From positions 3,398 to 35,397 of the forward strand of contig CAYNZZ010000006.1 in assembly GCA_964401865.1 (NCBI GenBank): a DNA stretch of 32,000 bases, in the 5' to 3' direction. The stretch is from an uncultured Erysipelotrichaceae bacterium (lineage in GTDB: Bacteria > Bacillota_I > Bacilli_A > Erysipelotrichales > Erysipelotrichaceae). Below the pieces are notes generated by a model, which was given only the letters and a program-made list of their open reading frames with translations, had not been told where the DNA came from and ran no database searches. Position 1 is the first letter of the stretch, and every line of letters begins with the position of its first letter. The translations under genes were made by a program, and so were the position numbers. This document shows positions 17,259-25,598 of this stretch, one piece after another.

Positions 17259-18658
17259 TATAGAATGCCTTGTGCCAATAGAATCCAATAAATAATTACA
17301 CCTAAAACCGCAAGCAAGATAACAATCAAGACAATCAAGATGATATTAAGAATCTTATTTGGCATTGCATTTTCCTCGTCTAACACTTCTTCTTTTTTAT
17401 CTTCACTGTTTTCTGTCTTAATTTCAAATGGAATAGTATCATTCAAAAGATTTTCTTCATTATGGCTTACTTCAGCAGCCGCATTCAAAACATTTACTTT
17501 TGTCTTTTCAATTTCTTCTTCAATTTTGATAACTTCCAAAACTTCATCATCATTAGAAGTTGCTTCTGGAGTTTCTAACACTTGAGCTTTAACTTCATGA
17601 ACTTCCTTAACTTCTTCAGGGGCATCACTATCTTTTAGATATGGTTTCAACATTTCAGCGGCTTCTTTAGAAATACCCATTGTTTCAAGTAATTTATTTA
17701 AATCAGTATTGTCTTCTTTAGCTGGTTCTTCACTAACCTCAACACCAGCAACTTCTTTTATAACTTCTTCTGGATTTACTTCTTGAAAATCTTCGGTATT
17801 TTCAGAATTTGAATCTTCTTCCATGGCCGCTAGGATGTTCTTTATCTCCAAAGTAACGGTATTATTTAATTCTTCTTGTGCTTCTTCACCAGTTTCAGTT
17901 ATAGCAATTCCCCTAACTTCACCCAGGATGCGATCAGGAACATCATCGGCAGTTAATAAACCTTGTGCTTTATTATATTGATTTACTTCTTCTAATGTCT
18001 TTTCTAAATAATCATCAGTAGTAGTGATGATTTCTTCTTGAGATTCTTTAGCTTCTTCTTCTGCGCTGTCGATAATAGTTTCAACTATAGGCTCTTCAAC
18101 TACTGTTTGATTTATCTGTTCTTCAACAGACTCTTCAACTTCCTCAACAGCAGGTTCTTTGGTAGAATTTTCTTCCTTCAAGATTTCACTAGCCATTTCT
18201 TCTAATGCTGATTCATTATCATTAGTAGTAGCTTCTTCTGGTGTTTCCACTTTTTCAGTCTCAACAATTTCTTCATGTTCCTCAACAGGTGTATCTTCTA
18301 CTGCTTCAGCAACATTATTATCTTCAGTTAACGCTTCTTCAGGTATTTCAGTTTCTTCAACTGTTTCTTCCATTTCAACACCATTGACTTTTGAATGCTC
18401 TTCAGATTTAATTTCTTCTTCAGCAGGTTTTAAAGCTTCTTCTGTTGCTTCTGCAATCACTTCTTCGTCTTGAACTGCATCTTCAACAGTAGGTTCTTCA
18501 ACTACTTGAGAAGTATTTTGATTGTTTAATGTTTCTTCAACGCTATTTAATTTATCTTGATATGCTGATAGACCTTCTGTCTTCCCTTCAGTCTCATTAT
18601 TATTCTCTAATTGATTTCTTAAATCAGAATATTTCTTCGTTCTTGTTTGTCTTTCCAT
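17258..18658 (-). CDS. Glu-rich, low-complexity tail-anchored membrane protein of unknown function
   Basis: 466-aa ORF with GGAGG RBS at 18666-18670. About 109 Glu by my hand count. One C-terminal TM helix (ILNIILIVLIVILLAVLGVIIYWILLA) and no signal peptide. Confidence 0.7.
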   Translation of the reverse strand: MERQTRTKKYSDLRNQLENNNETEGKTEGLSAYQDKLNSVEETLNNQNTSQVVEEPTVEDAVQDEEVIAEATEEALKPAEEEIKSEEHSKVNGVEMEETVEETEIPEEALTEDNNVAEAVEDTPVEEHEEIVETEKVETPEEATTNDNESALEEMASEILKEENSTKEPAVEEVEESVEEQINQTVVEEPIVETIIDSAEEEAKESQEEIITTTDDYLEKTLEEVNQYNKAQGLLTADDVPDRILGEVRGIAITETGEEAQEELNNTVTLEIKNILAAMEEDSNSENTEDFQEVNPEEVIKEVAGVEVSEEPAKEDNTDLNKLLETMGISKEAAEMLKPYLKDSDAPEEVKEVHEVKAQVLETPEATSNDDEVLEVIKIEEEIEKTKVNVLNAAAEVSHNEENLLNDTIPFEIKTENSEDKKEEVLDEENAMPNKILNIILIVLIVILLAVLGVIIYWILLAQGIL

Positions 18659-18679
18659 AAGAAAACCTCCGTATAATTC

Positions 18680-18688
18680 ATTATAACA
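18680..18688 (-). promoter_or_regulatory. Extended -10 promoter (TGTTATAAT) for the acidic-protein-cmk-der-gpsA operon
   Basis: Minus strand TGtTATAAT (18680-18688), followed by a ~15-nt leader carrying GGAGG. No good -35 element. Confidence 0.4.
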
Positions 18689-18760
18689 AACCTATTTTAA
18701 AAAATAAACACTTCAAGCCGAAAATGCGCTTAAATAGGGGCTTTTAAACACTTTTAACGA

Positions 18761-18792
18761 AAAAAATAAAAGGAAATGTTAAACATTTCCTT
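18761..18792 (-). terminator. Rho-independent terminator after efp
   Basis: 10-bp stem aaggaaatgt/acatttcctt (18770-18779 / 18783-18792), followed on the minus strand by TTATTTTTT. Confidence 0.75.
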
Positions 18793-18799
18793 AAGCTAT

Positions 18800-19357
18800 T
18801 TATGCACGACTAGAATATTTTCCATCAATTGTCGAAACAAGAACTTTTTCACCTTGCTCGATAAATAATGGGACACGAATTTCTAAACCAGTTTCGCACT
18901 TTGCATTCTTTTGCGCATTAGTTGCGGTATCACCCTTAACAGCAGGTTCACATTCAACTAATTCAAGTTCAACCTTATCAGGTAAGATAATACCTAAAAT
19001 TTCATTTTCATACATAGAAATATCTACTTCTAGGTTTGGTGTTAAAAAGTTCATTTCCCAAGTTAAATGATCTTTTTGGATTTCAACTTGATCATATGTT
19101 GTATTATCCATAAATACCAATGCATCACCACTATCATATAGGTATTGCATTTTCTTCTTTTCGATCATAGCTTGTTCAACCTTGTCACCGCCAGTAAATG
19201 AAATTTCATTAATTACGCCAGTTCTAAGATTTTTAACTTTTACTTTGACAATCATTTGGCGCATTGCAGTCTTGTTGCGGTCAACATCCAATACTACATA
19301 AATATTGCCATCATTTTGAAATGTTGTTCCTGGTTTTAAATCATTTACAATAATCAT
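18800..19357 (-). CDS. efp: Translation elongation factor P
   Basis: 185 aa, MIIVNDLKPGTTF...VKPGKGxA-region equivalent...KVELELVECEPAVKGDTA. Typical EF-P length and sequence. Confidence 0.95.
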   Translation of the reverse strand: MIIVNDLKPGTTFQNDGNIYVVLDVDRNKTAMRQMIVKVKVKNLRTGVINEISFTGGDKVEQAMIEKKKMQYLYDSGDALVFMDNTTYDQVEIQKDHLTWEMNFLTPNLEVDISMYENEILGIILPDKVELELVECEPAVKGDTATNAQKNAKCETGLEIRVPLFIEQGEKVLVSTIDGKYSSRA

Positions 19358-19383
19358 TTTTTCACCCCTTTATACACCTTATA

Positions 19384-19411
19384 ATTTTACTGTAAATAAC
19401 TTATTTGTCAA
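19384..19411 (-). promoter_or_regulatory. Sigma-A promoter of efp, embedded in the 3' end of the last comG gene
   Basis: Minus strand TTGACA (19406-19411), 16-nt spacer, TAAAAT (19384-19389), then a ~20-nt leader with GGGGTGA before the ATG at 19357. Confidence 0.55.
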
Positions 19412-19763
19412 AGGCAATGAGTTCATAATCATATATTTTATTTTCATTTACGCTAATATCAACGATTATTTCGCCCCAAATTAGCCGATAACCGCCATTT
19501 ATTATAGACACATCGACCAATTCACCATCAAGATAAAAAGATTTAAACTCATCTCGACTATTTAAAAGTTCGCATTTTACGTTTAAAATAAGTTTACTTT
19601 CAAGAATAAACACTTCTTCTTTTCTTAAAAGATTAGTCAATACAATATCTAAAGAGCTAATATGATTCAGATACATCGTCATAAAGCTTATCATCGCCAT
19701 CATTGCAACTAGAAAAGGCATCGATAGAAAAGCTTTCCGTTTTCGCCAAACAAAATGTTTCAT
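19401..19763 (-). CDS. comGG: ComGG-like minor pseudopilin
   Basis: Last gene of the comG operon. The N-terminus RKRKAFLSMPFLVAMMAMISF resembles the B. subtilis ComGG N-terminus (RGFIYPAVLF...). Assignment is positional; the start is uncertain. Confidence 0.5.
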   Translation of the reverse strand: MKHFVWRKRKAFLSMPFLVAMMAMISFMTMYLNHISSLDIVLTNLLRKEEVFILESKLILNVKCELLNSRDEFKSFYLDGELVDVSIINGGYRLIWGEIIVDISVNENKIYDYELIAFDK

Positions 19764-20124
19764 ATTTATTATCTCTTTCTATTTCTAAATAAATCGAACT
19801 GTTATTAATATAAAACCTCACATCATCAATATTTTCATATATCACTTGAGTACCAGGCGACATAATTAAATGATTATTCGTCAGATATAAATCACATTCT
19901 TTATTTTGATAAGAAAAATGTAGATTATCATTTGAAACTTCAATATCATAAGATATTAACAATATCTTTCTTAATTGCATAATAGAAATATTACCTGAAA
20001 TATCATCATAATAATATTTTAAATCATTTAACTTAATCATTGATATGAGCAAGATAGGAAGCATAATAAGACAAATATTAATGGCTAGAACCATTTCTTT
20101 CAAGGTATATCCTTTTTTTCGCAT
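19657..20124 (-). CDS. comGF: ComGF-like minor pseudopilin
   Basis: N-terminal class III signal MRKKGYTLKEMVLAINI (G-1, E+5) plus a hydrophobic helix. Sixth position in the operon. Confidence 0.55.
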   Translation of the reverse strand: MRKKGYTLKEMVLAINICLIMLPILLISMIKLNDLKYYYDDISGNISIMQLRKILLISYDIEVSNDNLHFSYQNKECDLYLTNNHLIMSPGTQVIYENIDDVRFYINNSSIYLEIERDNKYETFCLAKTESFSIDAFSSCNDGDDKLYDDVSESY

Positions 20125-20300
20125 GATTGTATTCCTTGAAACAATGCTTCAAATTTCTCATTAGACTTTCTCAAATATTCGTCATATCCTTCATTGTAAT
20201 TTTTTAGAGCATTAAACAACGATAAGCACATCGATACAATAAAAATTGTCAAAACAGGAATAAACAAGCTGTCCCATAGAATAAAAGCCTTTCTATTCAT
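20100..20300 (-). CDS. comGE: ComGE-like minor pseudopilin (short)
   Basis: 66 aa, MNRKAFILWDSLFIPVLTIFIV. Pilin-like N-terminus without E+5, as in ComGE proteins. Positional assignment. Confidence 0.45.
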   Translation of the reverse strand: MNRKAFILWDSLFIPVLTIFIVSMCLSLFNALKNYNEGYDEYLRKSNEKFEALFQGIQSCEKKDIP

Positions 20301-20622
20301 ATTTTAGATTCCCATTCCCTAAGCGAATTATCACTTTCGCTCTTTCAAACATTAAACTCTGCGCATTATTCACTCTGCCATTTTTAGTAAATCTGATTGG
20401 AAAAGATCCTTTGTAATTGTAATTATTTTCAAAAAGATAATCTCTATTATCTGCCATCGCCTCGCTTTGTGTGACCAGGTAATCATCCATAAAATAATAA
20501 TGCTCATAATCGTTATTTGGATACGATAGATAGAAAACGCTAGAAAAAATCGACAACATCAAAACCACCATCAGCATTTCTACCATTGTAAATGCCTTCC
20601 TAGTCTTTGATCGCATGGCCAT
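20293..20622 (-). CDS. comGD: ComGD-like minor pseudopilin
   Basis: Prepilin signal TRKAFTMVEMLMVVLML. Fourth gene of the operon. Confidence 0.6.
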   Translation of the reverse strand: MAMRSKTRKAFTMVEMLMVVLMLSIFSSVFYLSYPNNDYEHYYFMDDYLVTQSEAMADNRDYLFENNYNYKGSFPIRFTKNGRVNNAQSLMFERAKVIIRLGNGNLKYE

Positions 20623-20899
20623 CTACTATTCTAATCGCCTTGCCATTACTACAAGTAGTTTGTCTATCAGAAATATAACCTCCGTTCACCAAATCTTGAA
20701 TAGAATTAGGCATTGTATCGTAATCCAATTTAAATTGTACAATCGCCGTATCAATCACCTTTGTCAAAGCATCGCAAGCCTTCTCATCAACCGAATTCAT
20801 CATCTTGCTGATATTAGGGATAGTCAACAAAAATAACACTGAAATAATCATTACCACAACTATCATTTCTAAAAGCGTAAAAGCTTTCTTTCTTTTCAT
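20600..20899 (-). CDS. comGC: Major competence pseudopilin ComGC
   Basis: 99 aa with prepilin leader MKRKKA/FTLLEMIVVVMIISVLFLL, two Cys (possible disulfide) and GGAGGTG RBS at 20904-20909. Confidence 0.8.
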   Translation of the reverse strand: MKRKKAFTLLEMIVVVMIISVLFLLTIPNISKMMNSVDEKACDALTKVIDTAIVQFKLDYDTMPNSIQDLVNGGYISDRQTTCSNGKAIRIVDGHAIKD

Positions 20900-20909
20900 A
20901 TTTCACCTC

Positions 20910-21908
20910 CTAAAATTGTCCAATCGCCTGCAAAGGTAAGAATAATACCTGGTAGATAAATATCACTAATATCCCAATAAAAAGATATATACTAATTTGT
21001 ATCATTCTAGTATAACGTCTGATTTTTTTATTTAATTCCAGTTTTGATACTTCAACATAATTATCGATTATCTTATCAAAATCATTAGATATCATCGCTA
21101 TTTTAATAAAAGAAGATATCCTATTATCGAGATATTTGTTGGTTAAAGCCTCATTGATATTTGAACCTCGTAAAAACGACTCATCAACATGATAGGCAAT
21201 AAATGAAATTATCGGCCTATCCTTTAAACTCTTTAAAATATCGATACTCTCTTTAGTCTTATATCCCATTTTATAGCACAGACTAAACAAAGACATAAAT
21301 TCTTGACTATAAAATATCTGTATAACACTGTTAGGCATATACCTAACCATAAGGATATAAAATATCACGATTCTCTTCTTATTTCTAACAATCAAAAATA
21401 ATATCATTGACACAAACAATGCAATATATATGATATTCATTACTATCTTTAAAATTACTCTAATGATTTCAAAAGCGTCGACATTGATCTTAAACGATCT
21501 TAAGACATTAAAAATACTGTCTAACCCATATATTTCAAAGATATATAAACTAGTTAATGAAAAGATAAACATCATAAAAGGATATGCTAAATTTTTAATG
21601 ATTTCATTTTTATTCGCTGCTTCGTAATTATGAATATCAAAAGAAAGAGATAATGACTTTTCTAGCGATAATAGTTTTATGAAGGAGGAAAATGGAACTT
21701 TTAATTCTTTACATATATACGGTTCTATACATTTAGATGCATCTAAACCATGATTGAGATCTCTTTTGATTTTCGTGAAAATTTTTCTATTTCGCTTATT
21801 TTGGATCAGGTTCAAGCATTCTTGAAGGGGGAGACCTGTTTTTAAAAGCGTGAGAATAGCTTGCCAATCATCAAGTAAAATCTGTTCTTTTTTCAAGTTC
21901 TTCTTCAT
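20910..21908 (-). CDS. comGB: Competence pseudopilus platform protein ComGB (GspF/PilC family)
   Basis: 332-aa polytopic protein of duplicated GspF-type organisation, located between the ATPase and the pilin genes. Confidence 0.85.
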   Translation of the reverse strand: MKKNLKKEQILLDDWQAILTLLKTGLPLQECLNLIQNKRNRKIFTKIKRDLNHGLDASKCIEPYICKELKVPFSSFIKLLSLEKSLSLSFDIHNYEAANKNEIIKNLAYPFMMFIFSLTSLYIFEIYGLDSIFNVLRSFKINVDAFEIIRVILKIVMNIIYIALFVSMILFLIVRNKKRIVIFYILMVRYMPNSVIQIFYSQEFMSLFSLCYKMGYKTKESIDILKSLKDRPIISFIAYHVDESFLRGSNINEALTNKYLDNRISSFIKIAMISNDFDKIIDNYVEVSKLELNKKIRRYTRMIQISIYLFIGILVIFIYQVLFLPLQAIGQF

Positions 21909-22851
21909 CTATGATACCTTTTTCGACTAAGTATCGAAGCTGTGTAGATATATCCAAATAATTAACTGAATAATGATGGTTTTTAAAATAATTATCTAAT
22001 TCACTCTTATCCATCATTTCATATAAGACAATTCTTTTTTCTTTTTTGGTATATAGCATTTTTTGAAAACTCAAAAGTATCAAAACATCTTTCAACTGCT
22101 CAATAGAGACCCCTAACTCCATCATTCGTGATAAAGAACCACTAGCACTAGTCGCATGAATACTACTTAAAACTAAATGTCCAGTGTTAGCAGCTCGAAT
22201 TGCCATTTTAGCAGCAACCTCATCTCTTATCTCGCCTATCATGATGATATCGGGATCGTGTCGAAGAATTTGTTTGATTCCTTCACCATAATCAAAACCT
22301 ATAGCTTCATTAATTTGTATTTGAACAAATTCTTCATTGTACACCTCAATCGGATCTTCAAGGGTATATATCTTCTTATGCTTAACACTTTTCAACAAGC
22401 TATATAAAGTGGTTGTTTTGCCACTTCCCGTAGCACCTGCAAAAAGAATCAATCCACTGTCTTTATTAACCATTTCACTTAAACACTTGTTTTGCCAAGA
22501 AATCGTTGATAACTTAGTGGGATCTATTTTAATCTCCTTATTCAATATTCTAAGAACTCCATTAGTGACATTAATATTAGCAATTACCGCATATCTCAAA
22601 GACAATAAACTGCCATCCACCTCGTATTCAAATTGCCCTGTTTGCGGTTTTAAGATGTTGCCGACATCCAGCCCTGATAAATATTGTAAATAAGCCAATA
22701 AGCGAATATCACTACTTTTGCTTTTGACTTCATACATCCTATCCTGAATTCGCATTTCAATCCTAATATCGTAATGTCTTTTTGTGAAATGAATATCCGT
22801 CGCTTCTTTTTCTATTGCTAAGCGAAGTAAAGAACTTAATCGTTTGTCCAC
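21871..22851 (-). CDS. comGA: Competence pseudopilus ATPase ComGA (GspE/PilB family)
   Basis: 326 aa with Walker A GATGSGKTT, EDPIE, Asp/His boxes (IMIGEIRD...GHLVLSSIHA). GTG start at 22849-22851, preceded by AAGGAGG. Confidence 0.9.
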   Translation of the reverse strand: MDKRLSSLLRLAIEKEATDIHFTKRHYDIRIEMRIQDRMYEVKSKSSDIRLLAYLQYLSGLDVGNILKPQTGQFEYEVDGSLLSLRYAVIANINVTNGVLRILNKEIKIDPTKLSTISWQNKCLSEMVNKDSGLILFAGATGSGKTTTLYSLLKSVKHKKIYTLEDPIEVYNEEFVQIQINEAIGFDYGEGIKQILRHDPDIIMIGEIRDEVAAKMAIRAANTGHLVLSSIHATSASGSLSRMMELGVSIEQLKDVLILLSFQKMLYTKKEKRIVLYEMMDKSELDNYFKNHHYSVNYLDISTQLRYLVEKGIIDEEELEKRTDFT

Positions 22852-22898
22852 TTTTCCTCCTTCGCTATATTGTTTAATATAAAATTGTAAAATCCTAC

Positions 22899-22920
22899 AA
22901 AAAAAAGACCCTAGGGTCTT
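22899..22920 (-). terminator. Rho-independent terminator after the MBL hydrolase gene, overlapping its stop codon
   Basis: Palindrome aagaccCTAGggtctt (22905-22920) contains the TAG stop. It is followed on the minus strand by T8 (22899-22906, partly in the stem). Confidence 0.7.
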
Positions 22921-23522
22921 AAAAAGATATTATTTTTTAATTCATGTGCCATAGTCGTTTCTTCATCGTGTCCTGGGTGAACTATCAGATTTTCATCAAA
23001 AGTTCTAATCATTCTTAAACTTTCTTTTAAATAAACACTACTGCCACCATCCAAATCGGTTCTGCCAACACTTTCTTTAAACAATGTATCCCCAGTAAAC
23101 AAATCATTGCCAAAACGATATAATACACTACCCATCGTATGTCCTTTTGTATAGTAAACTTCAAAATTGAATGGACCAATATTGTGCATTCCTTCCTCTA
23201 TATGTGTAATAGGACTTTTAATGATGCTAGAAAAACCAAACAAGTTTAAAGCTTTTTGATAATACTTTTCATCACTGGCCAAACTCACATCATCTCGATG
23301 TAAATAAATTGGCATATGATATTGTTTATATAATCCATCAACGGCTTTTATATGATCAAAATGACCATGCGTCAATAATACTGCTAATAATTTTTTACCA
23401 TCTAATGATGCAATCATTTTTTCAGCCTTCGATGACGGATCGATCAATATGACATTTGAATCAATTTCCAAAAAATATGTATTAGTCGCTAGAGGTCCAG
23501 TTACTATTCTTTTGATTATCAT
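22911..23522 (-). CDS. MBL-fold metallo-hydrolase (glyoxalase II-like)
   Basis: 203 aa with THGHFDH zinc motif, a downstream H (YTKGHT), D (TGDTLF) and H (HPGHD). Confidence 0.85.
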   Translation of the reverse strand: MIIKRIVTGPLATNTYFLEIDSNVILIDPSSKAEKMIASLDGKKLLAVLLTHGHFDHIKAVDGLYKQYHMPIYLHRDDVSLASDEKYYQKALNLFGFSSIIKSPITHIEEGMHNIGPFNFEVYYTKGHTMGSVLYRFGNDLFTGDTLFKESVGRTDLDGGSSVYLKESLRMIRTFDENLIVHPGHDEETTMAHELKNNIFLRP

Positions 23523-23532
23523 AATATATAAA

Positions 23533-23553
23533 AATAAGCCTGATCGGCTTATT
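23533..23553 (-). terminator. Hairpin overlapping the rpmG stop (weak terminator or attenuating structure)
   Basis: 8-bp stem aataagcc/ggcttatt with a tgatc loop, followed on the minus strand by TTTATATATT. The T tract is imperfect and the MBL start lies only 10 nt beyond. Confidence 0.4.
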
Positions 23554-23698
23554 TCTTCTCCTTGTGAACAGTTTTTTTGTTACATCTTGGGCAATATTTC
23601 TTAATTTCCATTTTTTCTGGATGTTTTTTCTTGTTTCTAGTGCCAATGTAATTTTCTTCACCACATTCTGAACATTTGAATGTAATATCTTCTCTCAT
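23549..23698 (-). CDS. rpmG: 50S ribosomal protein L33 (bL33), zinc-ribbon (C+) form
   Basis: MREDITFKCSECGEENYIGTRNKKKHPEKMEIKKYCPRCNKKTVHKEKK, with CxxC...CxxC. GGGAGG RBS at 23707-23712 supports the ATG at 23696-23698 rather than the longer track ORF. Confidence 0.93.
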   Translation of the reverse strand: MREDITFKCSECGEENYIGTRNKKKHPEKMEIKKYCPRCNKKTVHKEKK

Positions 23699-23720
23699 TG
23701 ATATAACCTCCCTAGTAATG

Positions 23721-23750
23721 CTTATAAATAATACCAAATTATATGGTCAA
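23721..23750 (-). promoter_or_regulatory. Putative sigma-A promoter of rpmG
   Basis: Minus strand TTGACC (23745-23750), 18-nt spacer, TATAAG (23721-23726). Confidence 0.45.
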
Positions 23751-23752
23751 AA

Positions 23753-25597
23753 TCAATCTTTTTTCTTCACACTTTGACGCGGTTTTCTGATCTTTGCCTC
23801 AAAGATAATAGCTGAAAACGGCGCAATTCTGATTTTGATCTGATATGGCTGATTATGTCTAGGTTTTTTAACTGCTTTTACCGGTTCAAAATTGCACATA
23901 TTGCAACCACTGTATATGTCCTTTTCACTATTCATTATTTCGGTGTATTTGCCACTATATGGTACCCCAATCAAATAATCTTCGTAGGAAATTGGCATCA
24001 TATTCAATACCACGACATAACACATCTTATCATCGATGCGATAATAAGAATAAATACTCTGTGCATTATTATCAGCATCTATCCATTTAAAATATTCTAA
24101 ATCATAATCATACTTATAAAATGCCTCGCGGTTTTTATAAATTAAGCACAAATCTTTAAAGAATCTAGAAAAAGAATCATGTAACGGATATTTAAGCATG
24201 AACCAATCCATCTCTTTTTTTTCATCAAACTCTCTAAACATCGCAATTTCGTTACCCATGAAATTTAGTTTCTTTCCCGGATGAGTAAACATATACACGA
24301 ATAAATTACGACATAATCTAAACTTTTCTTCGTATGTGCCAAACATTTTGTCAATAATTGTTCCTTTTGAATGAACAACTTCATCATGAGAAAATGGAAG
24401 TAAGAATCTTTCAGAATAAAAATAGGCCATTGAGAAAGTTATGATATTATGATGATATTTTCGATACTCATGATCCATCTTATAGTATTTCAAAGTATCG
24501 TTCATCCAGCCTAAATCCCACTTATAATCAAAACCTAATCCGCCATATGGCACAGCCTTAGTCACACCTGAAAAATCACTTGAATCTTCAGCAATTAACA
24601 TACAACTTGGATGAATTTGTTTAAGCATAAAGTTTATGCGTTTAATAAAAGCCTGTCCTTCAAGGTTTTCACCTTTTTCTTTATTTCCTTGGTGATAAAT
24701 AAAATGGCTTATTGCATCAAAACGTAATCCATCAATATGATATTCCTTTAAAAAGAAATTAGCACTGGACATCAAAAAAGAAATAACCGGTTTACTATTT
24801 AAATTAAAATAATAGCTATCCCACTCACTTTTCATTAGATGCTGCTCATCATACTCATATAACGGATAATGATCATAATTAATTAAACCAAAATCGTCCT
24901 TTACAAAGTGCGCATAAACAACATCTAATATCACTCCAATGTTTTGTTGATGGCAGACATTAATAAAATCCATTAAATCATATGGCGTACCATAGCGAGA
25001 AGTAACACTATAAAAACCTGTAGCCTGATATCCCCAAGAACCATCGAAAGGATGTTCAAAAAGTGGCAATAGTTCAACATGAGTAAAACCATTTTCAACC
25101 AGATAAGGTATCAGTTCTTCTTTTGCTTCTTTATAGCTGTATAACTCTTTTTTACCTTTTTTAAAGCCATTCAAATGAACTTCATAAATATTGACTGGTT
25201 CCTTATAAGTTAAACGCCTATCATTCATATAGTAATAGTCATCAAATTTATAATAGTCAAGATCATACATACAAGAAGCTGTTTGAGGTCTTCTTTCACT
25301 ATAAAAAGCATATGGATCAATCTTATCATGATAAATCTTCTCATCTTTGTAAATACGATAACGATAGCTGTGAATGAGTTCTATATCTTCAACAAATAAA
25401 GACCATACACCACGAAAATCCACTTTTGACATTGGATGATTTTTTTTCCAACCATCAAAAGAGGAAATAACTTCTACCTTATAGGCATGTGGAGCCCACA
25501 AAGTGAACTCCACGCCATTTTTTAGCTTATGAGCGCCAAATAATTTATAGGCCTCTAATTCTTCACCATTAAAGAACGCGTCGTATTTATTTTTCAT
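23753..25597 (-). CDS. glgB: 1,4-alpha-glucan branching enzyme
   Basis: 614 aa with GH13 catalytic regions (DVVYAHF, GLRFDA, AEDSS, FSHDEV) and an N-terminal CBM48-like region. Confidence 0.93.
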   Translation of the reverse strand: MKNKYDAFFNGEELEAYKLFGAHKLKNGVEFTLWAPHAYKVEVISSFDGWKKNHPMSKVDFRGVWSLFVEDIELIHSYRYRIYKDEKIYHDKIDPYAFYSERRPQTASCMYDLDYYKFDDYYYMNDRRLTYKEPVNIYEVHLNGFKKGKKELYSYKEAKEELIPYLVENGFTHVELLPLFEHPFDGSWGYQATGFYSVTSRYGTPYDLMDFINVCHQQNIGVILDVVYAHFVKDDFGLINYDHYPLYEYDEQHLMKSEWDSYYFNLNSKPVISFLMSSANFFLKEYHIDGLRFDAISHFIYHQGNKEKGENLEGQAFIKRINFMLKQIHPSCMLIAEDSSDFSGVTKAVPYGGLGFDYKWDLGWMNDTLKYYKMDHEYRKYHHNIITFSMAYFYSERFLLPFSHDEVVHSKGTIIDKMFGTYEEKFRLCRNLFVYMFTHPGKKLNFMGNEIAMFREFDEKKEMDWFMLKYPLHDSFSRFFKDLCLIYKNREAFYKYDYDLEYFKWIDADNNAQSIYSYYRIDDKMCYVVVLNMMPISYEDYLIGVPYSGKYTEIMNSEKDIYSGCNMCNFEPVKAVKKPRHNQPYQIKIRIAPFSAIIFEAKIRKPRQSVKKKD

Positions 25598-25598
25598 A

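Noticed and set aside
17259-17288. Longer N-terminus (MDSIGTRHSI...) for cytidylate kinase
   Set aside because: It would overlap the upstream gene by 31 nt. The internal ATG gives the canonical [17 protein letters not shown] start and a 1-nt TAATG coupling junction.
18159-18473. 104-aa Ser-rich ORF on the plus strand (also 17340-17585 +) opposite the Glu-rich gene
   Set aside because: It is the mirror image of GAA/GAG-rich coding sequence (TTC/CTC read as Ser/Phe/Leu). It has no RBS and lies fully inside a better-supported gene, so it is an antisense artefact.
23482-23664. 60-aa minus-strand ORF spanning the rpmG/MBL junction
   Set aside because: It overlaps the well-supported L33 frame and the MBL N-terminus out of frame. 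It has no RBS and crosses the hairpin at 23533-23553.
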